The position numbers and the translations under genes were made by a program. This document shows, piece after piece, positions 1 through 8,881 of a stretch of DNA of 64,000 nt. This DNA is from an uncultured Gammaproteobacteria bacterium (GTDB lineage Bacteria; Patescibacteriota; Patescibacteriia; UBA9934; GWF2-40-263), in contig CAZIDX010000002.1 of the NCBI GenBank assembly GCA_964538435.1, positions 117,930 through 181,929 on the forward strand, given 5' to 3'. Below the pieces are notes generated by a model that made no database searches, was not told where the DNA came from, and was given only the letters and a program-made list of their open reading frames with translations. Each line of letters begins with the position of its first letter. The first letter of the stretch is position 1.

Positions 1-1851
1 GATGCTTGGCACGCAGCACTCCCAGATAACATTCGCGAGTGGCTCCTCAACGAACGTGGTGTTGCTGCTGAGGTGATTGATGAAGCCAAGCTCGGCTGGA
101 GTGGTACCCACCTCACCATCCCGATCCCAGACGCGAGCGGTAAGTATCTCTTCGTGAAGAAGCGTCGTACGCCTCTTAGCGATGAGGGGCCAAAGTACGA
201 GAACGCAACTGGATCAAAAGCAGCACTCTTTGGGGTCGAGTACCTAGAAGACGCTGTGATGATCGTGATCTGCGAGGGAGAGCTTGATGCGCTTGTACTG
301 CGCTCACAGGGTATCCCAGCCGTTACATCGACGGGTGGTGCCAAGACGTTCAATGATGAATGGGTGGAACTATTCAGCAAGATCGAGCATGTCTTCATCT
401 GCTATGACAACGACAAACCAGGTCAAGAAGGTGCTCGTCGTGTTGGAGAGCTGATCCCCCACGCCAAGATCATGACTCTTCCAAAGGAGGTTGGTGAGGC
501 GGGTGACCTGACGGATTTATTTGTCCGTCTCAAAAAGACCCCAGACGACTTTCTTGCCCTTCAGCGAGACGCAAAGACCCTTGGGGAGCTGGAGGAGGCT
601 GGGGAGCGATTCAAGGCCCTTCCCAAGCCCAGTAAGACCATCAGCTTAGATGAATGGCGAGAAGTGATTTATCAGAATTTCCCTGAGTGCCTGACGGCTG
701 CCGAGGTGGGAGTGGCTGTGATAACCCAGCTCTTGATCAAGGACGTCCGCAACCCGTTTGGTCTTGTCTATGTGGACGTTCCAAGTGCTGGTAAGACGAT
801 TGCGCTGAACTTCTTCTCAAAACTAGACGAGCTGGTCTACACAACCGACAGCTTCTCTCCAGCTTCCCTTGTCTCACACGCCTCCAACCGCAAAAAGGAA
901 GACCTGAAGAACATCGACCTGCTTCCTCGCATTCGTCACAAAGCCCTTGTGGTGCGTGACTTGGCTCCTATGTTCGCTGAGAGGCAGGAGAATCTGCTCA
1001 AGAACCTTGGGGTTCTGACCCGTGTGTTTGATGGTGAGGGTTATGAATCGGACTCTGGTGTTCACGGCAAGCGTGGTTATAGGGGTGACTACATGTTTAC
1101 GTTTTTGGCTGCGAGCACACCTATTCAGCCGCGCGTATGGCGGTTCATGGGGGCACTCGGATCTCGATTGTTCTTCTTGAACATGAACGTCGGCGACAAG
1201 TCGGAAGACGAACTTGCTGAGCTCTTAGTCGCTGATGATTTCAAGAAAAAGGAAGGTGTGTGTCGTGATGCAACTCGTGACTTGCTCCTATCGATTTGGG
1301 ATCGATTCAACGGCGGTGTGACATGGAACAAGCGTGGTGACCCAGAAAACGTTCGTGTCATCATTTCTCGCTGTGCAAATCTCTTAGCATACTTGCGAGG
1401 AACCATGGAGATATCGTCTAGTGATGAATATAGTGGCAACGCTGATTACAGCGACAAGCAAACGGAAAAGCCGATGCGTATCAATCAGCTTCTCTACAAC
1501 CTGGCTCGTGGACACGCCCTTGCGTGTGGCCGCATACAGATCACGGATGCTGACTTGAGACCTGTTGTCGAAGTCACGCTCAATTCTGCCCAGCAGAACC
1601 GTGTGAAGCTCTTCACAGCGCTCATTGAGCATCAGGGCACGATGAACGTCGCATTGGTTGAGGAGGCTCTGGGTTGCAGCTACACCACCGCATCAAACGA
1701 AATGAGTGCGTTTGAATACCTTGGGCTGGCCAATCTTGAATCCCACAAGACCACAAGTGTTGGGAGGCCTGAGAAGATCATAACCATCGCGGATGATTTC
1801 GACTGGTTCTGTTCTGAGGAATTCAGAAAACTACGCGTTCAAAAGCCTTAA
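1..1851 (+). CDS. DnaG-like Toprim primase, 5'-truncated by window edge, with C-terminal P-loop-like region (phage/plasmid replication protein type)
   Basis: Reading frame is open from nt 1 (DAWHAALPDNIREWLLNERGVAAE precedes the GTG at 73). Toprim motifs ICEGELDALVL (Glu) and ICYDNDKPGQEG (DxD). Later a Walker-A-like PSAGKTIAL motif. Confidence 0.7.
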   Translation, partial: DAWHAALPDNIREWLLNERGVAAEVIDEAKLGWSGTHLTIPIPDASGKYLFVKKRRTPLSDEGPKYENATGSKAALFGVEYLEDAVMIVICEGELDALVLRSQGIPAVTSTGGAKTFNDEWVELFSKIEHVFICYDNDKPGQEGARRVGELIPHAKIMTLPKEVGEAGDLTDLFVRLKKTPDDFLALQRDAKTLGELEEAGERFKALPKPSKTISLDEWREVIYQNFPECLTAAEVGVAVITQLLIKDVRNPFGLVYVDVPSAGKTIALNFFSKLDELVYTTDSFSPASLVSHASNRKKEDLKNIDLLPRIRHKALVVRDLAPMFAERQENLLKNLGVLTRVFDGEGYESDSGVHGKRGYRGDYMFTFLAASTPIQPRVWRFMGALGSRLFFLNMNVGDKSEDELAELLVADDFKKKEGVCRDATRDLLLSIWDRFNGGVTWNKRGDPENVRVIISRCANLLAYLRGTMEISSSDEYSGNADYSDKQTEKPMRINQLLYNLARGHALACGRIQITDADLRPVVEVTLNSAQQNRVKLFTALIEHQGTMNVALVEEALGCSYTTASNEMSAFEYLGLANLESHKTTSVGRPEKIITIADDFDWFCSEEFRKLRVQKP

Positions 1852-2098
1852 TAATTTTCTCGCCAAATCTGGCCCTGTATATATGAAGTCCATTACCTGC
1901 CTAGAGTGTGAACAAACCATTCCCCCTCGTCGGCTGCGATTTCTTCGTTCACTTTGGAACCTGATCGATGACTACTATTGCGAACGATCAGACCAAGACA
2001 TCGAGGAAATTGAGGCCGCCATCAGAATCAATGGCTGTCACATCGAAACGGTTCATACCAAGAACATCTGGGAACAAGAAGCGACAAACTCCTATTGA
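1793..2098 (+). CDS. hypothetical small protein; possible TraR/DksA-like zinc finger (CLECEQTIPPRRL); likely true start at internal Met near 1883
   Basis: ORF track; CxxC-x3-IPxxRR pattern resembles TraR/DksA C4 fingers but the second Cys pair is incomplete. Confidence 0.3.
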   Translation: MISTGSVLRNSENYAFKSLNNFLAKSGPVYMKSITCLECEQTIPPRRLRFLRSLWNLIDDYYCERSDQDIEEIEAAIRINGCHIETVHTKNIWEQEATNSY

Positions 2099-2116
2099 TT
2101 TCGACAGGATTTCTCT

Positions 2117-2725
2117 ATGCCCAAACAGACCTGCGAGACACAGTATTGCCTTGATATCAGAGCCTTGAAGCAGCAGGGATTGTTGAGAAATGGGGGCAGT
2201 AGTGGTCTGTACCAATGGGGGTCTGATGGAGAGATCACGTCGAGTATCGGACTTTGGATCGATACGCAGCGTTTAAGGGTACGTCTGCGATATCGATTCA
2301 TAGATCCTTGTGGCAAAGAGTGCGAGTTGGACTATGTGGTCAGCCTCACCACCACCCCATGCTTCTTTGGTGGACGTCGCTACTGGTTCAAGTGTCCAAT
2401 AAACAAAGATGTAACAAAGTGCGATCGCCGTGTGGCCGTGCTCTACATGGGAGACAAGTACTTCGGATGTAGGAGCTGCTACGACCTGACTTATCAGAGC
2501 CAGCAGAAGACGCACACAGGCCGCTGGTCGCTCTTTGGGAGGATCATGGACCTTCAAGACGAGATAGCCAAAGGACACGATCACATCCGCATCAAGCATT
2601 GGCTCGGCCGCCCCACAAAGCGATTCCGAAAGTGGTTGGCCATGAAAAATCGTTACAACCAGCTTTCTCCCCAGCTTAGACCGATGGTGAAAGAAATGGA
2701 GCGTTGCTTGCGTGGGGAGGAGTAG
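2117..2725 (+). CDS. hypothetical Cys-rich protein (CPINKDVTKC ... CRSC) within putative integrated element
   Basis: ORF track, 202 aa, varied composition, no recognisable catalytic motif. Confidence 0.4.
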   Translation: MPKQTCETQYCLDIRALKQQGLLRNGGSSGLYQWGSDGEITSSIGLWIDTQRLRVRLRYRFIDPCGKECELDYVVSLTTTPCFFGGRRYWFKCPINKDVTKCDRRVAVLYMGDKYFGCRSCYDLTYQSQQKTHTGRWSLFGRIMDLQDEIAKGHDHIRIKHWLGRPTKRFRKWLAMKNRYNQLSPQLRPMVKEMERCLRGEE

Positions 2726-2961
2726 GTAAAATGATTGTGCTACCCAACCGTTCAACATTCAGAAGATTTTTTTACTCGTTTACTGCCCGAGATGGGCGGT
2801 CATGCCAGCAAGCGGGTATTCTTCTGAATATAGCGCGGTTGGGTAGCCATGGCCGCCCTTTTGGTTACCTAAACAGAAGACCGCACCTCGAGAGTGTTGA
2901 AGCGCAGGAAGTGCGGCTTCTGTCCGACTACCGTCGGATCTCGAAGTGCGGTTGCGTAGTG

Positions 2962-3926
2962 CTACCGCTGCTTGAGCTGCCAGCTCTTGCGGTTGCGACC
3001 GTCCGTGTCCTCCCAGACGATCTCGTCCCACTCACCAGCCTCGCCCACGTCGACCCATGCGTTGTAGTACGTCTGGCGACCACCTTCGGTGACGAAGATG
3101 AGGTTGAGGCGGAAGCGGTACTGCCAGTCGTTGGGGCGCGGCTCGACACCGACCACCACGATCACGGCATCACCACCTCGACCGCTCTGGACGTGCTCGA
3201 CCGAGTGGAGCGTGATGCTCTCCTCGACCTTGAACAGTCCCCAGAGACGATCGGGCAGCAGCGGGATCTTCTCGCCAACACGAGCCTTCTCCTGACGGTC
3301 GATCTGGTCCGCGTAGGTCTCGAAGGTCCGACGCAGGGCAGCCGTGTTGCTCAGCATCAGGTAGAGCTCTTCGAAGCTGTGCGTCATCGGGGCGATCCAC
3401 CCACGCGATCCCTTGCCGGGGCGCGGGGAGTAGACACCGAAGACGAGCTGGGAGCCCGCCGGATGCGGTGCGAGCACCTCTCCCGGCTTGGGGCCGTCGA
3501 CGCTGCGGTCCGAATCGAGGTCGCTCCGACGCCTGTTGATCCGCAGGAAGCCCCAGAAGAGGTAGGTGCGCTGTTCGAGATCGGGTTGAACGTTCCGATC
3601 AGGAGCAGGGTCGTTCCGTCCCTTGTGGAGCAGCGCTCACAGGACGACCCACGCGGGCACGAGCACAGGCTGTTGTGTCCACGCACGGTCATCCTGACCG
3701 TGTAGTTGTCCACCGTACGACCCAGATCCCATTCCTTGGCACCCGGACCACCCACGATCTCACGAGGCTTGTACAAGCCGTCGGTGATGGCAAAAGGCAT
3801 GAAGCCCTCCTTAGTTGTTGTCACCTGATCTGACGCAGGTGTCACGCCCTTATCCGCACATGAAGTAACGGACGTCTCACCGGTTGGTAAGAGAACAATA
3901 ATCTCACAAAATCGGCCTTTTGTCAA
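2962..3926 (-). pseudogene. high-GC gene of unknown function split by a frameshift near 3640 (two overlapping minus-strand ORFs 3384..3926 and 2962..3477 in adjacent frames)
   Basis: Minus-strand translation in the frame of ORF 2962..3477 stays open and protein-like upstream to a TGA at 3637-3639 (…LLHKGRNDPAPDRNVQPDLEQRTYLFWGF…). The upstream ORF 3384..3926 degenerates into S/T/R/P low complexity past about 3650. GC3 is very high. The plus ORF 2704..3705 has antisense-like L/V/R/A composition. Confidence 0.45.
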
Positions 3927-3968
3927 CCAAGCTAGGCCGGGAATTCACTAAAATTAGCTACAAATTCT

Positions 3969-5582
3969 ATGAAGAACTACGTTATCTATGCTCGTAAATC
4001 TACGGAATCAGAAGATCGGCAGGTGTTGTCGATTGATTCGCAGGTGAACGAGATGAAAGAGACCGCTAAGAAGCTGGATCTCAAGGTTGTGAAGGTTTAC
4101 AAGGAGGCAAAATCAGCCAGTAAGCTTGGAAGAGAGAAATTTGCTGAGATGATGCAGGAGGTCATGGACGGCAAGATCGATGGGATTCTTTGTTGGAAGC
4201 TCGACCGACTGGCTCGCAACCCTATCGACGGTGGCCAGGTCATCTGGGCACTCAAGGATCAGAATTTGATGATCCAAACCCCAGCACAGCTCTACAGTTC
4301 TGAGAAGGAAAACCAGATCATGCTCTACCTCGAATTCGGGATGGCGCAGAAGTACACCGATGATCTTTCCAAAAACGTGAAGCGTGGGAACATGGAGAAA
4401 GCCAATCGTGGTGGTTGGGGTGGTGTGGCTCCCATTGGGTATCTCAATAAGCTTGATGACCACACCATCATGCTGGATCCCGACCGTGCGACTCTGGTTC
4501 GTAAGGCTTGGGAAAAAGTGCTGGACGGCGCTTCACCCGAACAAGCACGTCGATATCTAAACAACGACCTCGGATTTAGAACCGTGAAACGAAAGAAGAC
4601 GGGAGGTAAGCCCCTCTCCTATAGCGGGATGTATCGCATGCTGCGTAATCCGTTTTACTATGGTTTGATCCGTCGCAGACACGACGGGGAGCTCATGGAA
4701 TATATGGGAACGCATGAACCGCTCATTACCGAGGAGGAATTCTGGCGCGTGCAAAAGATTCTTGGCGAGCCAGTTCCTCGTCCTCAGATAAAAGAATTTG
4801 CGTACACAGGCCTCATTCGTTGTCAGGAGTGCGGGTGTCACTTCACGGCGTATGAGATTAGAAAGAAATCTGGGAAGAGCTACACCTACTATCGTTGCAC
4901 TAAACGCAAAGACGGTGTTGAGTGCAGCCAGAGGCAAATCAGCAAGAAGGATCTTGAAAAGCAGATAATGCGGCTTCTGACTGAGATGACCATCCCCACA
5001 CAATTCGCTGACTGGGCAGTGCGTTGGCTTCGGTTCGTTCATGAGAATGAAACGGATAGTCAGTCGTCGCTGCGTGAATCACTTCAAACGGCTTACAACG
5101 ATACCCAGAAACAGATCGATAGGCTCACAGACATCCTGATTCGAGAGCTCATCTCTGAGAAGGAATACAAGAAGCGAAAGAGTGAGCTCATGCAGGAGCG
5201 CTCACGTGTGAGTGCAAAGCTTGCTGACCAAGAACAAGCGGCAGACAACTGGGTGGATCGAATGGAAAAGGCGTTTATGTTCGCCAAGAGTGCACGGGCC
5301 ATGTTCGCAAATGACGAGCGCGTTGAATCACGTCGACGCATTGTTCGCGCTCTAGGATCTAACTTCTCGATTTTGGACAAAAAGCTCAGCTTAGAACTTG
5401 AACCGGTGTGGTCACTCTTCGCCAAACACTCCGAACAGCTCTACAAGGATCTAACTCATGTAAACGTCGACAAAACAGGCATGATCAAAGAAAAAACCAC
5501 AGCTTCTGCTGCTGTGATTTCCTCTTGGCAGGGGCGCTGGGACTCGAACCCAGACGACAGGTTTTGGAGACCTGCATGCTAG
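3969..5582 (+). CDS. large serine recombinase (serine integrase) with resolvase-type catalytic domain, recombinase domain and Cys-rich zinc-ribbon region
   Basis: N-terminal VIYARKSTESEDRQ...SIDSQ catalytic serine motif, central recombinase domain, CQECGCHF...YYRCTKRKDGVECS zinc ribbon, C-terminal coiled-coil-like region. 3' end overlaps tRNA-Trp. Confidence 0.9.
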   Translation: MKNYVIYARKSTESEDRQVLSIDSQVNEMKETAKKLDLKVVKVYKEAKSASKLGREKFAEMMQEVMDGKIDGILCWKLDRLARNPIDGGQVIWALKDQNLMIQTPAQLYSSEKENQIMLYLEFGMAQKYTDDLSKNVKRGNMEKANRGGWGGVAPIGYLNKLDDHTIMLDPDRATLVRKAWEKVLDGASPEQARRYLNNDLGFRTVKRKKTGGKPLSYSGMYRMLRNPFYYGLIRRRHDGELMEYMGTHEPLITEEEFWRVQKILGEPVPRPQIKEFAYTGLIRCQECGCHFTAYEIRKKSGKSYTYYRCTKRKDGVECSQRQISKKDLEKQIMRLLTEMTIPTQFADWAVRWLRFVHENETDSQSSLRESLQTAYNDTQKQIDRLTDILIRELISEKEYKKRKSELMQERSRVSAKLADQEQAADNWVDRMEKAFMFAKSARAMFANDERVESRRRIVRALGSNFSILDKKLSLELEPVWSLFAKHSEQLYKDLTHVNVDKTGMIKEKTTASAAVISSWQGRWDSNPDDRFWRPAC

Positions 5583-5601
5583 CCATTGACATCACGCCCC
5601 T
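5526..5601 (-). tRNA. tRNA-Trp (anticodon CCA)
   Basis: Reverse complement reads AGGGGCG-TGA-...CAGGT-CTCCAAA-ACCTG...CTGGG-TTCGAGT-CCCAG-CGCCCCT-G-CCA. Acceptor stem 7/7 paired, anticodon loop CUCCAAA, T-loop TTCGAGT. Closely resembles canonical bacterial tRNA-Trp. Confidence 0.85.
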
Positions 5602-5681
5602 ATATTCAATTGACGCCGAGAATTATACAGGAATCCACGGATTTGAAAAGGTTAAACACAAAATGCTACCCTTCTATCACT

Positions 5682-6299
5682 ATGACAAACGAACAAAAGA
5701 AAACGAAGAAACGCAACTTCCGAGCGAAAATAATCAAAATCGATCGCGTAGCAGCCTGGGTAATGTTCATCACCATCATCCTCTTTGCCATCACCGGCTA
5801 CGGCATGACCAAGGGACTCATCGATGAATCCCTTGCCTCTAACCTTCACCTCAACTGGCTCCTCCTCATCGGAATCATCTCCTTTGTCATTCACACAAGC
5901 TGGGGCATCCACATGTCACTCAAACGCTGGCGTGTCTGGAACATCTTCACAAAGATAATCCTCCTGCTCGTTTACCTCACCCTCATCTTTGGAGGCATCT
6001 ACCTTGAATTCTTTTACACACCAAGCTACGAGACAGCGCAAACCTACGAAACAACACAAACGGAAGAACTCACGGAAACCGAAATCTTCACAAAAGAAAC
6101 ACTTGCACAGTACAACGGAGAAAACGGAGAACGCTCCTATGCTGCCATCGATGGGATCGTATACGATGTCTCAGATGTATTTAAAAACGGATGGCACAAG
6201 GGGCACCAAGCCGGCCAAGAGATGTCTGATGCCTATTACTCCGAGCACTCAAAGTCCATGCTAAAAAAATATCCGGTTGTTGGATCCTACCAAGAGTAA
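5682..6299 (+). CDS. membrane protein with C-terminal cytochrome b5-like heme/steroid-binding domain
   Basis: N-terminal TM helices, then LAQYNGENGERSYAAIDGIVYDVSDVFKNGWHKGHQAGQEMS matching the cyt-b5-like (PGRMC/Dap1-type) pattern. Start moved to internal ATG 5682 because upstream codons overlap the tRNA. Confidence 0.65.
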   Translation: MTNEQKKTKKRNFRAKIIKIDRVAAWVMFITIILFAITGYGMTKGLIDESLASNLHLNWLLLIGIISFVIHTSWGIHMSLKRWRVWNIFTKIILLLVYLTLIFGGIYLEFFYTPSYETAQTYETTQTEELTETEIFTKETLAQYNGENGERSYAAIDGIVYDVSDVFKNGWHKGHQAGQEMSDAYYSEHSKSMLKKYPVVGSYQE

Positions 6300-6302
6300 A
6301 CT

Positions 6303-6671
6303 ATGCCAAAAAAACAAATCTACATCGGACACTCGTCTGATATCGACTTTCAAACAGAGCTCTACGAACCCATCCGAAACGCAGACTTCTACAAAAACCA
6401 CTCTTTCATTTTCCCACACGATCAAGGAACAATCATTAACAACCCAAAGGAACTCTACGCCGCAGTCGATGTGTTTGTTGCAGAAGTCTCAGAGCCCTCA
6501 ACAGGTCTTGGAATCGAACTTGGTTGGTGTCAGGCGGCAGGAACAAAGATTGTTTGCATTCACAAAAGAGACAAACAACCCTCAAGCGCGCTCACGGCCG
6601 TGTGCAGCGACTTTAGATCATATTCAACACAGGAAGAGATGATCTGCGCGATCGAGGAAATCCTTCGATGA
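6303..6671 (+). CDS. nucleoside 2-deoxyribosyltransferase-like small protein
   Basis: KQIYIGHS N-terminal strand and C-terminal STGLGIELGWCQAAGTKIVCI resemble the Nuc_deoxyrib_tr fold signature (DSGTAFEIGYA..GKPVI). Confidence 0.55.
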   Translation: MPKKQIYIGHSSDIDFQTELYEPIRNADFYKNHSFIFPHDQGTIINNPKELYAAVDVFVAEVSEPSTGLGIELGWCQAAGTKIVCIHKRDKQPSSALTAVCSDFRSYSTQEEMICAIEEILR

Positions 6672-6675
6672 TCCC

Positions 6676-6704
6676 TTGACAACATTTCGTGCTCATGCTA
6701 TTAT
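6676..6704 (+). promoter_or_regulatory. sigma70-like promoter TTGACA-N17-TATTAT
   Basis: TTGACA 6676-6681, 17-nt spacer, TATTAT 6699-6704. Confidence 0.5.
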
Positions 6705-6834
6705 CTTTCTCGGACAACTGAAGAACCTTCAAAACCAATCCTCCATACTTTGCATGGGGGGTTATTTAAACCCAAAAATCAATAACCCTTCATGCATGGC
6801 ATGGGGGGTTATTTTGCAGAAAAGCAAACATTCC

Positions 6835-6861
6835 CCCGTGCCAAAATGGTACGGGTTTTTT
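6835..6861 (+). terminator. intrinsic terminator/attenuator inside a ~190-nt leader preceding CDS 6888
   Basis: cccgtgcc-aaaat-ggtacggg stem (one G.U) followed by TTTTTT; then RBS GGGAGGA and ATG. Confidence 0.5.
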
Positions 6862-6887
6862 GCACCTTACAACCTGGGAGGATCGAC

Positions 6888-7325
6888 ATGCTCAAAATGC
6901 TGAAGGTCGTCGTTCACAGACAAAACGGAAGCCCAGAGTTCTTCCAACCAGAAGGAGTGCTTCACAAAGAGCTCGAAAGAGCCGCAGGCGCACCCATCGT
7001 GTACAAGCTCTATACCGAGCTTATCAGCGAGGACGAACTCGATGGACTGCTCGCAGAGTGCAAGCAGGCCGATGTGGTCATCCTTGACTACAAGACGCAC
7101 CCCACGTACTACGACTGGAACGACAGCTGGGGCAAGTACCCAACCAGCGAGGCTTGCAAGGCTGCCAAGGCAATCAAGAAGAACCCTCACGTCAGACTCT
7201 TCGCACCGACAAGCCGCCGCAACGAGGGATACGTCTTCCCGATTCACGAGATCGCAATGCCGATCAGTTGCTACAACAGCAAAATCGTGATCGCTACGAT
7301 CAAAGAGCTGGCCCAGCAGCTTTAG
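6888..7325 (+). CDS. hypothetical protein
   Basis: ORF with RBS gggagga 6-12 nt upstream of ATG 6888; the track start at 6792 lies inside the leader/terminator. Confidence 0.5.
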   Translation: MLKMLKVVVHRQNGSPEFFQPEGVLHKELERAAGAPIVYKLYTELISEDELDGLLAECKQADVVILDYKTHPTYYDWNDSWGKYPTSEACKAAKAIKKNPHVRLFAPTSRRNEGYVFPIHEIAMPISCYNSKIVIATIKELAQQL

Positions 7326-7394
7326 ATCACAAAAGAGCCAGGCACACGACCTGGCTCTTTCAAATTTGTTTTCTACGCAACTGCAAAAGTGTGT

Positions 7395-7547
7395 AGAGAT
7401 CGGGCGCCGTTCCGCAGCAAAGACGTAAAGACCTACTTCACCGAGGTGAGCAACAAAAGGGTTGTGCTGTCTTTAAGCGAGGATGGTCCTAGCACCGAGA
7501 TCAAGCGCGTAGCGCGCAGAGATCGGGCGCCGTTCCGCAGCAAAGAC
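7395..7547. repeat. two identical 30-bp direct repeats (AGAGATCGGGCGCCGTTCCGCAGCAAAGAC) at 7395-7424 and 7518-7547, each followed by mutually reverse-complementary ~20-nt segments
   Basis: Exact 30/30 identity read directly. Segment GCAACAAAAGGGTTGTGC after repeat 1 is the reverse complement of CACAACCCCTTTGTTGC after repeat 2. Confidence 0.6.
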
Positions 7548-7584
7548 ATCACAACCCCTTTGTTGCGAACTAACCCCCACCCCA

Positions 7585-7612
7585 TTGACTTTTCCCCAAA
7601 AAACCGTACAAT
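7585..7612 (+). promoter_or_regulatory. promoter TTGACT-N16-TACAAT giving an essentially leaderless U32 transcript
   Basis: TTGACT 7585-7590, TACAAT 7607-7612, ATG at 7622. Confidence 0.5.
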
Positions 7613-7621
7613 GCCGGCGAT

Positions 7622-8881
7622 ATGCCAAACAACTACGACCACATCGAACTCCTCGCTCCAGCAGGCTCTTACGAGTCTTTGCACGCAGCCATAAATAGCG
7701 GCGCTGATGCCGTGTATTTTGGTCTCAAGGGATTCAACATGCGCGCAAACACCGCAAAGCCATTTGAAATCTCTGACCTGAAAAAGATCGTCGAGGAGTG
7801 CGAGCAAGCTCGAGTAAAATCCTATCTCGCACTCAACACACTTGTATACGACGAAGGAATCGATGAGATGAAAAAGAAGATCGATGCAGCAAAAGAATTC
7901 GGCGTAACAGCCATCATCGCCTTTGACCTCACAGCCATCAGCTACGCCCGCGAGATCGGAGTCGAGGTTCACATCTCAACACAACACTCCATTTCAAATA
8001 TCGAGGCAGTTAAGTTCTTCTCACAATACACAGACCGAGTAGTGCTCGCACGCGAACTCACACTCGAGCAGATCAAACACATCGTCAGCGAGATCAAGAC
8101 CCAAGACATTCGCGGACCAAAGGGGCGTCTCGTTGAAGTTGAAATCTTCATCCACGGCGCCATGTGTGTATCTGTCTCAGGCCGTTGCGGAATGAGTCTC
8201 TACTTCTACGGAACCTCAGCCAACTGCGGAGAGTGCTCTCAACCTTGCCGCCGCGCGTACACAGTGAAAGACAAATGCACAGGAAAAGAACTCGAGGTCG
8301 ACAATGAATACATCATGTCTCCAGAAGACCTCTGCACCATTGGAATGCTCGATGAAATTCTTGACTCTGGAGCAGTCTCTCTCAAAATCGAAGGACGCGG
8401 TCGCGCTCCTGAGTACGTTGATGTTGTTGTGCGCACATACCGAGAAGCCATCGAGGCGATCAAGAATAATGAATTCGATAAAGAAAAAATTGCCGCATGG
8501 CGAGAGCGGCTTGGAGCCGTATTCAATCGAGGCATGAGCGAAGGGTTCTACAGAGGAAAAGCCTACAAATACTGGAGTGGAATCGCAAACTCAAAAGCAA
8601 CACAGCGCCGCGAGCTCGTTGGAACTGTCACAAAGTACTACAAAGAGCCTGGTGTGGCCGAAATTAACGTACAAGCAAGCGAACTTGATCCAGACACGCC
8701 ATGCATCTTCACAGGACCAACAACTGGCGTGCTTCGTGTCACAGCAGAAAACATCCATGTTGATGGAAAACCAGCTGAAAAAGCCGTTCAAGGCGATCTT
8801 CTCACACTCAAAGTCCCAGAGCGCGTGCGCAAAAACGACAAGCTCTACAAACTATGCCTGACCGACAGCGCTGGCAAATAG
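7622..8881 (+). CDS. U32 family protein (collagenase-like peptidase / RlhA-TrhP-UbiU-type hydroxylase family)
   Basis: N-terminus ELLAPAGSYESLHAAINSGADAVYFGLKGFNMRA is characteristic of U32; Cys cluster CGECSQPC. Confidence 0.8.
   Translation: MPNNYDHIELLAPAGSYESLHAAINSGADAVYFGLKGFNMRANTAKPFEISDLKKIVEECEQARVKSYLALNTLVYDEGIDEMKKKIDAAKEFGVTAIIAFDLTAISYAREIGVEVHISTQHSISNIEAVKFFSQYTDRVVLARELTLEQIKHIVSEIKTQDIRGPKGRLVEVEIFIHGAMCVSVSGRCGMSLYFYGTSANCGECSQPCRRAYTVKDKCTGKELEVDNEYIMSPEDLCTIGMLDEILDSGAVSLKIEGRGRAPEYVDVVVRTYREAIEAIKNNEFDKEKIAAWRERLGAVFNRGMSEGFYRGKAYKYWSGIANSKATQRRELVGTVTKYYKEPGVAEINVQASELDPDTPCIFTGPTTGVLRVTAENIHVDGKPAEKAVQGDLLTLKVPERVRKNDKLYKLCLTDSAGK

Larger units (their letters stand above)
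1..5601. mobile_element. putative integrated element (primase ... serine integrase) inserted at tRNA-Trp; left boundary beyond window
   Basis: Serine integrase directly abuts and overlaps the tRNA 3' half. Toprim primase and small Cys-rich ORFs are typical cargo. G+C visibly higher than flanking host genes, with a roughly 65% GC patch at 2800-3900. Confidence 0.5.

Noticed and set aside
2704-3705. 333-aa plus-strand ORF across the GC-rich patch
   Set aside because: Composition (L/V/R/A/D-rich, low complexity) is typical of the antisense frame of a high-GC gene; the minus strand carries the protein-like frames
7395-7547. Possible mini-CRISPR
   Set aside because: Only two repeats, 93-bp spacer, no cas genes; no repeat-spacer array anywhere in the window
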